Assembly: GCF_018977255.1 (NCBI RefSeq)
Contig: NW_024704743.1
Span: 7,690,001 to 7,754,000, forward strand
Source of the DNA: Callorhinchus milii
Taxonomy: Eukaryota
Length of the DNA: 64,000 bases
Reading direction: 5' to 3'
Within the stretch, counting starts at the first letter, position 1; the number at the start of each line of letters is the position of its first letter. Made by a program: the position numbers and the translations under genes. Of this stretch, positions 1 through 14,100 are shown piece after piece. The notes beneath the pieces were generated by a model. It ran no database searches. It was not told the origin of the DNA and saw nothing but the letters and a program-made list of their open reading frames with translations.

Positions 1-15
1 AGCTCACTGTTCAGT

Positions 16-25
16 CCATAAAAGG
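16..25. promoter_or_regulatory. Perfect CArG box CCATAAAAGG (SRF site; also TATA-like)
   Basis: Matches CC(A/T)6GG; lies at the start of a CpG-enriched stretch that ends in a splice donor. Confidence 0.4.
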
Positions 26-613
26 AAGGACCTACGTGTAGTTGTCACACTGCAATTGGCCCCGAGGCCTCAGGTTAAAATGAGACTATAGTTCTATCTG
101 AGGAGTTGCCTGTTTAAAGAGTGTTTGTAGGACTGATGGGCAGTTGGATAGAAACTCGTGTGTAGCTACAGCAGTACAGTTCTTCGGCATAGTAACTGGT
201 TTAAAAAATCTAGCATCTATTGCATTTGGAAATACCGATTTTAAAAGGATTTTTTTTTCCGCGTCTCGATACAATTCCATTGGAAACAGCAGGGAGTTAT
301 CTTGCTTTCAGGTCCAGATTCCATGTTTCGCTGCAGTGCCTGTCTATTGCAGTATTGGCAGTCGGTGTGATCAACTACGTGGGTTCTTGCATCTCCAAGT
401 TCCACCTTTTAAACTCCCCGAAAGTCTCCAGCTGAATTATGAAGCTTTTGTAGAAGTGATTGTGGAGATACTTAAAACGAGTTTCACATAGGCTGAAGGC
501 AGGGGAAAAAAAACAGAGGGTGAAAGTTGGTGCCAACTGACTTGAATACATTCGCAAAGTCACGATTAAGAACTGAACCGAGAGCTTGAAAAGAAAACCT
601 AGTCGCAATTGAT
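26..613 (+). other. SVIL: Putative non-coding 5' exon of SVIL (start uncertain)
   Basis: Repeat-free, relatively CpG-rich segment ending at GAT/GTAAGT (donor 614-619); TGA at 610-612 blocks an in-frame extension into the SVIL frame. Confidence 0.35.
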
Positions 614-3504
614 GTAAGTAGGATGCTTTCCCCTAGCAAGTATTAAGGACATTTTAACAGCTGTTTCATTGAGGATGTTATTTGATGCAGAAAAAAATCT
701 GACAAGTTTGTGTTTACCAATGTGTGCATGTCAGTCATTGTTGATCATGTGGTGACTTGGTGTGCTTTATGTGCTGAAGAAAATGTCCTGTAATGCAGAG
801 CGTTGAGACATTGAGATGGTGAAAGGGCGTGTAGTGTGTATATAACTTAATACCTTTTTTTGTTGAAAAAATTGCACTTATAATCAGGCTAAAACTTATC
901 AACTTGAAATATTGTGACTGATCAGTTCACAGAATGGATTTTACCAACTTCGGATACAGGTAGGGTTGAATAAAGGCTTCATTTGAAATTGAACTATGTT
1001 AGATACTGGATTTACCTGGAAGGGACTGTGACTTTGTACATGAGTTCACGAGGTGTAGCATTTCAAGAAGTTAAATAGTTCATGTTGATCATTTCCAATC
1101 AAGGGCTAACTTTTATCAACAGCAAATCATATTTCACGTTGGGAATTAACCACATTCAGTGTATTAGGATTTTGAAACTATTGAATTGAAAGATTGGATT
1201 AAGTTGTTTTTTTGAAAATAAACTATGGTTTACTTTATGCCACTGAAATCTACGTACATATTAGTCATAACTGTGTACTTTAGATTTCTCTCCCCCCTCC
1301 CCCATCCCCCCCACCCCCAGCCGAAAGTCAGCCGTGCAATATAAAACGTAAACACTGGGCAAGGAGCAGCAGAGAGCTTGTGCAATTAAGGACCGCCCGG
1401 CATGTTATGGCTTTGGCTTTGGTTTGCAATGTTGAGGGCAAAGCTGCAACCTTGCCTTGGATTACTGTGGACTTGCTTGACTTTTACTGTGAACCTGCCC
1501 AGCTTTGCCAGACAAATTTCAACTGAGCACCTTCACCTCCTCTGAATTTTCCTGAGTATTGATCCGTCGTTGACTCATTTTGTATACAATATATAATTTA
1601 TTGTGTGTGTATTATAATGTATATCTAATTCAGGACAAGCGTGATTGTTAACCTCTGTGTTCCAAGGCGACAGGAGGAATCATTCAACAATTAAATGCTT
1701 CCATTAATATCAAAACGTGTTTAATTTCTAATTTCTTGGTGACGATTGGAATCGATTCAATGAGACTGAACGTGAAGGGACTTAAATAAATGACCCTCGA
1801 GTGACTTTGTGCTGTCACCTCCTTCGTTATGAAGAGTTCACCTCCAGATCCATTACTCCACATGACTTAAAAATTGGAGCAATCTCTGGCCTATCTTACC
1901 CTCAGCCCCTTGAGTTTAAACAGTACTGTATTTCCTATTATTAATAAAAAAACTATTGTTCTATAGTGCCAGGGAATCTTAACACTGAAAATATTTGTTC
2001 CACATCGTAAGCCAAGGGAGTGTTTGATTCGACACTTGACAACACCAACAAATCCTAATAAAGAATATCAAGCTCATAATTAGTGTCTCAAATTCGACAT
2101 GATTTGCAGCTGCATCTTTTAAAGGACAGGGAGCTTAATGTGCTTTCATTTTTCTAACAACCTCAAGTTCAACTAATTCACACACCAATCATTTGCTTTC
2201 CCCTCTGGCCAGCCAGTACCAGACTTCCCTACAGTCGTGATTTTAAACACTGCCTTCAGTTGTTCGGTCCCAGCTGCTATGTCATTCGCCACATTATAAA
2301 TCTGGTCCGAGTTCTGCGGCACCTGGGACCTGAGCCGGTTTCAGAATGACTTCTTAAAGTCATTTTGCAATCTAAATGCTCACAGCGTTGTAGAGATCTG
2401 TGCAGCTTGTATATTAAAATGGGATGGCTTTAAATAGCTCAAGGTCTTTTGTTCCAGAATTTTGAGACATTTGACTTGTGCTCAGTTCCCAGTCTGCATG
2501 AGTTAGCACCACATTTTTGCCTTTGCAAGTTAATCCTGCTGCTGACCAGCTTGAGTCCTCTGTTTATTGAATGCTCATAGATGTGTTGTCTGCAACCTTG
2601 ACAGACCCATGCACATTATTTGTGATGCACTAATGAGTTTTTCACAGTGTTCAATATGACTCAATAATTTCCTGAATATTTTATTCTTTCACATCGCTGT
2701 ACCTTGTCACAGTTTCCATGCTGAGAAATGCTAGTTTAGTGGAATTTCCTGCTGTAATGTAAATGTGACATAAATCAGTTAGTGTACTTTGGTTTCTGTA
2801 TGGTTCAAAAACATCTGAACAATGTGTGCATTTAGGTCAACAACAAGCAATGGTAATTTGCTCTTTCTGTTTTCAACCACCAACTGTTTTAAATGTTTTG
2901 TAAATGACAAACCCAGCATTTCAATATTGAGCTGCAAAGTTATATTTTTCATAAGTCAGTATTGAAAATGCTCCCGGGACAAACTGCAGGAGTCATTCGA
3001 TTTGTTAACTATTTCAGGGCACTGGGACCCAATGCGAGAAGATGCTGGTTTTGCCCCAGGAGACTGGCAATCTATCGTTGGTGCAGAATATATTTTTGCT
3101 GTCATGAATATATAACAGCGTTCAATAATAATTCATTCAATGATAATATTTTGTCTTGTCTGCAATCATTAGCATTGGGCGTTCCAATAGGATTTTCATT
3201 TAAAAATATACATACGAAGCACAAATAATTGGTACCGACATGTGTTCAAGCCTGTTAGCTATCTGTGTCATGTGCCCTTCCGACCCTTATTCTGTATTAC
3301 CTGACCCTGTGATAAGTATTGTCATGTCCACTTTACTTAACTTGCAAATGTGCCAAAATAAACTTGATTGAGAAGTTTGAGAAGCTGTAATCATGCTGTA
3401 ATCATGTCAAATATACACATCATAATCTGTTCCAGTTGTGCAACTTGAATTCAGTTGGGACAATTCTTCAATCTTCGGTGCCCACCCCAAGAATCAACAA
3501 CAAC

Positions 3505-3778
3505 AGAAAACTGAGGTCCCGTCTGCCTGTTCAGGTGGGCATTAAAGATCCCTGTTCAAAAAGAGAAAGGAGTTTCTCCTAGTGTTCTGGCCAACAATTC
3601 CCCAAATAAAAATTGGTCACTCAATCCATGGCTGTTTGTGGGACATTGCTGTGCAAAATTGTGCTGCCATGTTTGCCCACAAACTAGAGTCACTCCATTT
3701 CACAGTAAATTCTGAGAAGCACTTTGAGACGTCCTTCTGACATAAGATGATAAAGATGCAAGAGTTATTATTGTTATA
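3505..3778 (+). mobile_element. DeuSINE-like 3' portion
   Basis: CTGAGGTCCCGTCTGCCTGTTCAGGTGG...TTAAAGATCCC...GCTGTTTGTGGGAC...tail. Confidence 0.75.
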
Positions 3779-6199
3779 TTCTAAATGCTCTCTGAGCATA
3801 AAATGATCGTTTTTCTTTGTCCAAAGCATTTTTGGATGTGGTATAAAGTAACTCTACCAGTGCGACTGTTGCTCATCTAATGTTTATTTGCCCCTGACCC
3901 TGCTTGTGCCATTCGTTTAACTGCAATCATCAGAAAGCTGAGCATAAATGTATTACGTGTGCCACATTGTGAGGCTGTGTGTCATGAGCTAAGAAATATC
4001 CATGGGGCAGCTGGTGGTCAAAAATGCAATCTTGTATCATTCCTCAGCCATGTGGCGCTGTGTACTCAATTGGACCTTTCACTCGTTGGAATTTGAACAC
4101 AGGCAGTCAGTCTGCTTTTCCCCTATACCAGACTCTTCATTCTTCCCATTCACGCTCTAAGTTACAATGGATCCCTTTCTTTTCGCCTTTGCGTTTATCA
4201 GGACGGTTTATATACATTTTTTGTTCTCCTCCTCCCCCTGCTTCGGAGGAGATAATTTACGCAGATGGCCTGGTTTCACAGTTGCCCCCCGGCAAACCCT
4301 CAGTGGTACCTCAGTCCAGTCGCTGTTCATTCGTGAACTTATGTGTGACTGCCTGCAAGCTATTTGTATGGCTGATCATCACAGCTGAACTCATTCCTGC
4401 CTTTGCCCTCAAGTCAACACAATCCACTGCTTTCACTTGCGCTTCACTGGACAGTGATTTCCTTCTCATTCTTAACCCTCCCACACGCTTATTTAGCCTT
4501 GGGATACAGACATATGCAGGACCTTGGCTAATGTATCTTGCTATCCCCACAGACCGCACTACTAACCAAGTCCTCTTATAATACATCATTATTATGTGTT
4601 TCTTTAATAACTATCCAAAAAGATACTAGCAAAGAATTTAAATTTAAGAATTTACTGAAGAATTTAACGCTTGATTGAAAGGATGGACACAGCAGTGGGG
4701 TACAGATGATTGAGAGAAACGGCAAGACTTTAGCTGTGTGTAAAGTACCCATGGCCATGTCTTAAGATCAGCAGTGAGAATTTCGCAAGAATATTCTTTC
4801 TTCTGAGTTGCATTTATTTTCCCTAAAATTGTGTAATTTTAATATTGTTTTGAAACAAAATAGCCTCAATATTTTCCCCCTCAAAAAAACATATCTGTGA
4901 ATTTATAATAACAATAATAATTCTTGCCAATGCGTGCAATATTCTCTACTTCAGGGATTGAGTAGTGTCTTTGTTAAACACTCACATAAGTTGTTATTCC
5001 TAAATAACTCTTTCCACAGCATACTGTGTGAATTTCTTCTTCCAGAATCAACCATGTATAATGTAGTTACAAGATTGCCGGTTATGAGCTCACACCTGTT
5101 GGGAACTAGGTTCAGACTCACGCTCATTTCACACAGACTGCAGTGAGAAGATTTTCATCCCACCAATCTGGAAGGCATTCCAAATGAAGCCCTTAGAATC
5201 GAAGGACATTTCGCATACTGCATTCCAATCTAATGCAAATTCTCAGCACCCTGTTCGAGAAAAAAATGTTAAGTTTGTGTATACTTCATCATCCTACCAG
5301 TGGTGGCTACCAAACTGATCCCAAAATTGTTTGCTTAATATGGAAACTAAAACTGGCCAGGTTTTTTTTGTTCTGTAAGATGATCCTTTCAGTGACTAGC
5401 AGTGAAGTCTGGAAGCTTGAGCAGGTCTATTTACTTAAAAACATTCACTATATATATGTAAGAATTTACAGTTATGTCCTTCAGAAATGGAACTGCTTGT
5501 AAACGGCTACCTTATGATCTTCAGTGTCTAAACTACAGTCGTATCTTTCCAGTGCCTGTTCCACAGCCACGATCAGAAAAACATTGCACACGTTCGAATA
5601 GTTTCTGTCCCCTGAAGAAGTTGCAGTGGTCTGAAGCCAAGTGTTACGAAATCCAGATGAGAATGAAAGCTCTTGACTTCTGGCACGTCTACAGAAACTT
5701 CTGTCTGTCTGTAGGACATTTCTTTCTGCGCATTTTCAGTTCACAGCAGCGAGGCTGGAAAAATACTAATCTTATTGTATCAAAGCTATTGAACCACTGG
5801 GACAGTTTTATTATTATTATTAAATTAACTATAAACCACAACAAAAATTTTACTTTTCCCTATGTTTGCCACGTTTCCTCTCGGTCTCCCTATTCTTTAC
5901 TCCATTTTCTATTATATTCACCTCAGTTCCACATGAACCAATTTTCTCTAATTACATCTGACTTGCTTTCAGGCCCAGACTGATGCCATTATTAGCCATA
6001 GCTGTCACCAGATCCATCCCTGACACTATTTATTTCCAAAGCAGGTAGCATGAGCTACAAAAGATGGAACTCGAGAACAACTCTGCAAACTTGTCTGTGG
6101 GGCTTTAAGGGTTAAGACCTAATTTAGTTTTTTTGTAAACCTGATTTTTTTAAAAAAAGCACCAGTACTGCTGTGTCTTCCAGTTGTTGGAATGTTTTA

Positions 6200-6500
6200 A
6201 TCACCTCACTACCTCTCTGACCCGCTTCCACTCCACTCGCCACCCCACCCCCTGCGCTAAACTAGCTTGTCCCCTCTGCTCCACCATCGGTGGCCGTGCT
6301 TTCAGCACCAAACCTTTGGAACTCTCTGCTTGAATCCCTCCGCCTTGCTCCCTCCTTGCGCATCTTTGGATCACACCTGAAGCCCTTCTTCCTTGAGGGC
6401 ACCTTCACAGTCCATTCTCCCCAGTTCCGGTGTTATGCACCGCCATTATTGCATGCTCCGAGATGCTGCCTGTGAATGCAATTCAATGTAAATATTAAGT
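6200..6500 (+). mobile_element. L2 LINE 3' fragment
   Basis: APNLWNSLLESLRLAPSL...HLKPFF, typical of the L2 ORF2 C-terminus. Confidence 0.7.
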
Positions 6501-6929
6501 TTGTTCTGCAGTTGTTTCAAAGATATGTTTTACTGTAACTACTCACTAAAACAAACGCAACATCTAAAGTAGATTCACAACAGGGGAAAGCAAAGCAAGG
6601 CCATGAACAAGTTTTCTTTTTTCGGATGAGTCTTTTAAGTGTACATTATAAACCTGCGTTGCAAAATATGCTCAGCATATACTCTAGGTTTCCTACTGAG
6701 GTGTAAATGTAGGGAGGCTCCTTTGATTTGTCTCAGTTTTGTAGCTACATTGCATTAGAAATGGATTGAGTGGTGTGAGTTCTGTTCTAGCATACTGACC
6801 TTTTACATCTAGAAAAATACCTAATTTGAAAGGTATTATGGCAACAGTTCTGTGCCCACTACAATCCGTCAAGATTATATAATACCAGGTAAACCACAAC
6901 AACAATTTACACCTGATGTCTTAAAGTGC

Positions 6930-7370
6930 TTCAACAACAGCAACTTGTATTTGTATAGCGCCCCTCACACAGGATAGCGTCCTGGAGGGCTTGACAGTCA
7001 CACAACTGCCTGGGAACCAGAGCTGTGGGTGGTGGCGGGCAGAGGATAGAAGAAAGTGTGGTCTAAGAAATGAGTCTTAAAGGGGGTTTAAAGGCAAGGA
7101 GGGAGGGACCAAGGTGGAATGACGATGGAGGTTCCAGAGAATTGGAGTAGAATGGCTGAAACCTCTCACCAATGATGGGGACAGATCATGTGGGAGCTTG
7201 AAGCAGGAAAGTGTTTGCGGAGTGGGGAGTTGGTGGAGAGTTGGGGGGAGATGCTTAGTAGGCTCCCAGGAGGTTGTAAAAGTCGTGTGGGGCAAGATCT
7301 TGAAAGCATTTGAAAGCAAGTACAAGGATCTTGAATATCAAAGTATACTAAAGATTGATCCGCCAGCCAG
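6930..7370 (-). mobile_element. L2 LINE 3' fragment
   Basis: CAACAACAGCAACTTGTATTTGTATAGCG tail; GAGGTTCCAGAG and GATCTTGAA motifs shared with other L2 copies. Confidence 0.7.
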
Positions 7371-7469
7371 TACACTCTGCTGTCACAGCAATGACCTGCA
7401 ATGATAAAGTAGCTGTCTGCCTTGGAGATGTCTGTGGCTGTAGCACTTTAAGTTGTCAGCTGCCTTGTT

Positions 7470-7813
7470 GTGGATTCCTATAGCGTATTGGTTAGAGCAC
7501 TCGTGATCTGGGTTTGATTCCCAGGCAGGGCAAAACATCAGGCAAGGTTTCCACATGCCTCTGTTTACCTCGCAGTAAGTAGAAACCCGGTTGTTAGTTG
7601 AATTGCTTTTCCAGGGAGTAATAATGATTACCTTTAATTGGTCGCTCAATCTATGGCTTTTTTTGGGACAATTGCTGTGCGCATTGTCTGCTGCGTTTCG
7701 CCCACAAAATATGCAGTCAATTCACTTTACAGAATATTCTGTGAAGGGCTTTCGACATCTCGAAGACATGATAAGGTGCTATATCAAATGCAAGGATTAT
7801 TATTATTGTTGTT
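7470..7813 (+). mobile_element. tRNA-derived SINE, same family
   Basis: TGGTTAGAGCACTCG head and AAATGCAAGGATTATTATT tail. Confidence 0.85.
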
Positions 7814-8854
7814 GAAACTCTAGGGGAGAGCGCTGCCCATTAGCAACCATGTGATTGTGTCCTTTCAGATTATGACTTATTTTAACACTTTATTGTTCTG
7901 CTGGCAGTAATTTCTCTTATTTGTACCTACTTTTATTTTCACGGTTCCACTTTTGTCTACACTGTCCCGGTAACATATTGCTGTTTTTTAAGTTTCAACA
8001 AGCTTCTCTGTTCTTCACAACATTCATCGTATATTTGACCAAGATTTTCTTGCAATTCTAAAGCAGTTCTATTTGACCAAGAATTTTACAAAGTCACTCC
8101 AGTAATTTCCTCCTCCCCAACCCTTGAAAGCATTCTGACAGACATACATGGGGGAGAAGGGAAGAGAGGGGATCAGGAGAGGTGGAGACTTATGTGGAGT
8201 ATAAACCATGGCACGGACTCGTTCGGTAACTCATTGTAACTCAGCAACATGACAGAGTCTTTGTAGGTACAGCAGTGCTGTGGGGAAGGGAAAGGAGAGC
8301 GAGCAGTGTTGTATTAACACCTGTACAAATTAGCTGGTGACCTGTTTATGTGCTGCAATGTTCTATATAATTCTGGGAATGAAAATACTCCACTTGTCTG
8401 GGAAACTTAACACTTAATAGCAAAGACCTCATCAGGTATACAATGTATTTATTTTCTCTCTCTCGCTCGCTCTCTCTCATTTGCCTCCGCCCTCATCCCA
8501 TGCCTCATCTCTGAGACAGTTTGTGCTCTTCTGGCATACTCCAGACCTTTCTTGATTGCTGTTTGGGTTCTGAGATCAGCATCCAGGAACTGATAGTCTG
8601 CTCATCTGGCCTTGGTTCACTGCCAATGAAAACTGGATTGACCCGAATGAGTGGAAGTGGGACTTTTCCAACTACAACAACTGCTTTAGTGGATGCTCTG
8701 TAAGGCTTGAATAGAAATAGATCATGTATAGCTGGAGAAGATATAATAATCCTTGTGTCTTATCACACTGAAACCTCTCAAAGCTCTGTTATTGTGTATT
8801 TGTAGGCCCATGCGCCGGCTGATTTGCACACAGCAATATCTTACCATGAATGAC

Positions 8855-9105
8855 GTCACAAATGACTTTTTAATCTGATGAAGAGACATATCCGGGAGAA
8901 TCTCCTTATCAATAAAAAAAACAATAATTTGGTCACTCAATCCATGACTATTTGTAGGACACTGTTTTGTGCAATTGGCTGCTGCGTTTCGCCCACAAAA
9001 TATACAGTCAATTCACTTTACAGGTATATTCTGTGAAGCGCTTTGAGACTTCTCGAAGACTTGATGAGGCGCTATATCAAATGGAAGGATTATTATGTTA
9101 TTATT
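8855..9105 (+). mobile_element. SINE 3' portion
   Basis: GGTCACTCAATCCATGAC...AAGCGCTTTGAGAC...AAATGGAAGGATTATT. Confidence 0.8.
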
Positions 9106-9854
9106 TTCGAAGAGTGCCATAGAATTTTTTGTATCCACCTGAACAAACAGGCAGGTCTTCAGTTTAACGTGTCATCTGAAGGTGGCAACTCCAACAATGT
9201 AGCTCTTCCCCTAGTATCACACTGGTGTGTCATCCTAAACCAGTGAAAATAAAATGAGATAGCGTAGATTGATACCATAAATCAAGAAATATTCAATTAA
9301 AAAACATTTACAGTATTTGTTCGCTAACCACACACTTCTGGCTCAGAGACAAAAATGCTACCAATGCAGACATGCTAACGTTTGTGCAATTAGTTTACTC
9401 AGATTAAACAATAACCAACGTTTTTAATCCGTTCTTCCATCCCATTCTTCCATAGCTGATAAGGTATGCAATTGAACCAGACTCTTCAGTAGACAATGAT
9501 AGTTTCACTCTGAGCTCAGCCTGGTAACAAGCTGCCTGGTTTTACACAGTGATATAAAAAGTTACACAATTTCTGTGTCAGGGCCCTGGGGCTAGAGCTT
9601 TGGAACATATTCTGATAGTGGAATGTTGTCTATCCACAGAGTTTTGAATGTTCTCAAATCCAAACTCAGCGAGTAGTGTAATTCTTTCACTCTCTGCCTG
9701 CATATAATGTTCCCTTGAAGAACACCATTAAATACCCCCCAAATACACATGGTTTAGAAAGTTTAGCTGCAGATTTACAGGTCCTGCACAGGTGCACCAC
9801 TTAGTGTCACAGGACCGATTGAGTTCCTTATCTCCACAGATGAACAACAACGTA

Positions 9855-10200
9855 GATATAGATAATATTGACCATGACGAGCTCTTCCGTCTTGTCCAGA
9901 ACAGTAGAACCAGAAGACATGGCCTGCAATTGAAGGGGAGTAAATTCCAAACAAATCAGCGGGAACACTATTTCAGTGAACCCGTGGTAAATCTATTCAA
10001 TAGGCTCACTAGGAAGAAGGTGGAAGCAGAGAGTGTTGATTCTTTCAAAAGCAAATTAGATAGATTTCTTTTAGGAAATAATATCTTGGGATATAGTATA
10101 AAGATTGGGACATGACGGGTGCTTGTGACTGCCAGGATGGTGGAAGGCGAACTGGATGGACCTTGGTCTTTTTTTTGTCTAGCATTTCCTATGTTCCTAA
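9855..10200 (+). mobile_element. CR1 LINE 3' end
   Basis: NSRTRRHGLQLKG...VVNLFNRL...VEAESVDSFKSKLDRFL, the CR1 ORF2 C-terminus; ends in TTCCTATGTTCCTA. Confidence 0.88.
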
Positions 10201-13200
10201 CGGGTTTCAGTTCACAGTTGAAAATAGCTTCTAAATGTTATGTGATTTGGTTGCTCAAGGATAGGCGAGGTTATAATATGTCACTGTTAACAAAACTGCC
10301 ACTGTAATGTTAGTGGGTGGAATACAACTTCTTGGCTCAAATGACTTGACCATACTTATGCCACATCCTCAAATAACTGTAGCTCCAATTAAAGCCCGGA
10401 AGCTTTACTGTAGCATTAGTGTATTTGTGCTGAGGCTCCTGTGTGGTTTACAATGGCTGATTGATTAGTTTGTGTGCACCACTTGTCCTTGTACCTTGAG
10501 TGCTGTCCAAATAAGATGTGAAGTCTAATTCAGATGTTCTATTGTTAGGCTGAAATTTATGTGATGGAACACACCAAACCGCTCTAAGTCCATCGTAGAT
10601 GGAGCTTCACACGCTAATTTTCAAGAGACCAACAGCTGCCTTAACCAGTGTTTTTTTTGTGCTACAACAGCAACAATAACTTGCATTCATATAATGTTTT
10701 GTGTATTACAGTGTGTGACCTCCTCCTACCCCCCGCCCAAAGTTATTCTGGAAAATTGACTACTAAATCTACCTGTAAGAGTAATGTATAACCTGAGTGT
10801 CTGCTCCAAAAATGAACTCCACATCAACGAGTGAAGTACATTTGCATAACAGAAAACTGCAAGAGCACCGAAGTGCAGGAAACCGCCGTTGAAACACGAG
10901 TTTGCTTACAACCCAATTGGATAATGGACACCGACATTTTCTTCCCCCCACCCCGAAATTAGCTGCCGTGTTTACCATATTAAAAAAAAGCACTAGTCAC
11001 TACACTTTACAATAAATCCTGTGAATCACTTTGCGACATCATCCTGATGTGAAAAGTGTTCTACCAGTTGTAAGTATTATTATAGTTATGATTGAGCGCT
11101 GATGAAGCTGGCTGACTTTCTCTGCACATGTGCAGTGATGTCAATAGTTATATGATGGGCTACATCACGATGCAGAAGCACTGAATACTGTCTGCTCTCG
11201 ATTGCTCTGGTATAAGGCTAGTTTTAATTTTATGAATCCAGCAAACCGTTGGCTTGTAAACGGGTGTCCTCTAGACTTTAGACTGGTAGACTAGTCAAAC
11301 CTTTTTAGTTTAGTTAAGTCAAACCCTGTTATTTTAACCCTGTACGACTCAATGGTAATAACACAGTAGTTGTCCTGTAAAATCACAAACCAATGTTATA
11401 ATAGGAGGCAATTGCTGGTCGGTGCGTTTATATTCACCACATCGTTCATGGAAAGCCGCTAGGCTTCCCCCACTAATAACCGTCGCTCTCTGCACACTGT
11501 GCCTTCACAGCAGTTTGATGACATGGAAGCACTGTGTTTTTAATGCATCAAAAGCTGGCTGCCATTTTGAAGTTATTTCCTCTCTCCCCACCCCAACCCC
11601 ATCAGAAAACACACATTTAACAAAATCCATTCTAATAAAATTCCCACTGTGTTGTGTATTTTGGGCACCACATTTTGTAATTTCATTGGAATGAATACTT
11701 GTACTGGGGAAAGGACATAGAGGACACAGAACCTATCCTACTGTATCTTCCTGAATCTATCAAACTGCTTTCAGCTTTATGTAGAGATGCCACTGATGCA
11801 CACAACTTAATTATGGAGGCTTGTCATAGTATTGTTCGACTGCTGGCAGGCTATTATGCATGAAAATCAATCTGTATTGACTGCTCAATCGCCAAATAAA
11901 GCTGCATCTAGTTGGAGACGATTGCTTGTGTCAGTTCTGGAGGTGAAACTGTGTAGCACAGTTTTGGTAGGGTGTGAGCTGACGTTTCTGAAAACATGCT
12001 GGCCAGACCGGTTTGATTGGAAAGGATATCAAATGAAACTTTGGCAGGCATTAGCTGGGTAAATCTAATATGTGACTTCTTCCTACACATTTGGTTAGTG
12101 TGAGAGATGTGGAGTAATTTAGTTCGGAGGCTATGGTTGCATAACTTCCAATCCGAGCTCAAAGTTTATGGCGGAAATAGTTGATTGAATGATGTGTTTT
12201 ATGTTGTAGAGAGTTGTTCTCTTTATATTGCGTCGCTGCACTGTTTTTTGGCACGCACGTTGAAGACATTGTAACTGAGATGCACTACACCTCCACTTGT
12301 ATCTTGATGCTGCGATGGGAATCGGTGGGTAGGGTGGATATTCTGGAAACGTGAGATCAAATAGGCCGAAGGGCTTTCTTTTTACCCAACGTGATCTTGT
12401 ACCAAACAGTGCCTGCGCTTATAGTAATCCAATCTTTTAACAAAACAATTGTGTACATCAAAGCACTCTTTTGGGAATCCTTTAGGGTACAGTGATAACC
12501 TGTTATGTCTATAGTCCATATCAAAAATGATCATGAAGTTGGTATTGTCCCCCCAAAATTTTTAGAAATTGGTTTAGGCAGGGTTGTGACTCCAGGGACT
12601 GGTTTAATTGGTTTCTCCGTTGTGGTGGTGGCAATGTGAGGAGAGAATTGTTAAATCTGGGTTTTTCTCCAATGCAGCAATGATGGTTTGGTTATATTTG
12701 GTGGTGTGTGTTCGCACAGTTTACTTACTGCTCTATCCACAATTGTGTACATCAAAGAGTGTTGGGAATCCTTTAGGATAAGGTGTTCACCTGTTATTTC
12801 TATAGTCCATACCAAAAACAATCATGAAGTTGGTATTGTCTCAAAAATAATCTTATCCACTGATAAATACAACAGCAACTTGCATTTGTACAGCGCCTCT
12901 CACACAGGGTAGAGCCTCCCAGGGCACTTGATCTTGTGTTTCCAGAATACAAAATGTATCTTGTTATTTTGTTGCAAGAATGGAGGTTAGGGTGTAACAA
13001 TATGTGTTTCTAATAGCTGATGCGACACCAAATGAGAATACAAATACAGATCTACATTTATATAGTGCCTTTCATGTCAGGAGGACATCCCAAGGCGCTT
13101 AGCAATCCTGGCCTGGCACCTGAGCTGGGAATGGTAGACGAGGGAGTGGTGAGGGGAAAGATGACCGAAACTGCAGTCAAATAGGTAGGCATTGAGTCGC

Positions 13201-13229
13201 AAAAGTCACATTAGTCCACAATATCAGTA

Positions 13230-14100
13230 AACATAAGAATTTGCAAGGCGAAAGAAGACCAAGATCCATCTAGTTCAGCTTCCACTATCCTGGCAGTTGC
13301 TTGACATGTCATGTCCCAAACTATACACGACATCCTGAGATGATATTATTAGCAGAAATCTATCCAATTTGTTCTTGAAACAAATGACATTTTCTGCTTC
13401 ACTGTCTCTCTAGGGAGCCTGTTCCATAAGTTTATTACTCACTCACTGAAGTATTGTTTCCGCAGATTTGTTCTGAATTTACCCCCTTCAATCGTAGGCC
13501 TTGTCCTCTGGTTCTACTGTTCAGTACAAGATAAAATAGCTCATCATGGTCTACATTATCTATTTCCTTCAGGATCTTAAAGACCGCAATCATATCGCTC
13601 CTCAACCTTCCCTTCTCCAGTGTGAACATGCCCAGTTTACCTAATCGCTCTTCATAGTCCAGTCCCTCCATCCCCTCATTTATTTTGGTTGCCCTCCTCT
13701 GTATCCTCTCAATCGCTGCAATGTCCTTTTTATATTGCGGTGACCAGAACTACACACAGTATTCCAAGTGCGGTCGCACCATTGATTTATAAAGTGGCAG
13801 ATTACCCTACTATTTTGGCTCAATATTGCCCTTTTATATTCTGTGAAGCGCTTTGAGACGTCTTGAAGGCGTGACAAGGCGCTATATCAAATGCAAGGAT
13901 TATTATTTTAATAGCATCTGGTTTGCCTTACTCACTGCTACTGAACATTGTTGCAACAGCTTCAATTTATTATCAATCAGGATCCCCAGGTCCTTTTCAT
14001 TTCCTGTACAGATTATTTTCTTCCCATTTAAATAATAATCCCTTCCTGGATTTTTTTCTCCCCATTTGAATAACTTTGTATTTTTCTACCAATAAATGTA
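13230..14100 (-). mobile_element. CR1 LINE 3' portion with a SINE tail inserted at about 13835-13908
   Basis: LDYEERLGKLGMFTLEKGRLRSDMIAVFKIL; RPHLEYCV-like motif; same subfamily as 9855-10200. Confidence 0.88.

Noticed and set aside
4024..4581. 185-aa ORF on the + strand
   Set aside because: No recognisable homology or convincing splice context; probably a chance ORF, partly over an old SINE remnant
5474..5983. 169-aa ORF on the + strand
   Set aside because: No recognisable motif; composition typical of a chance intronic ORF
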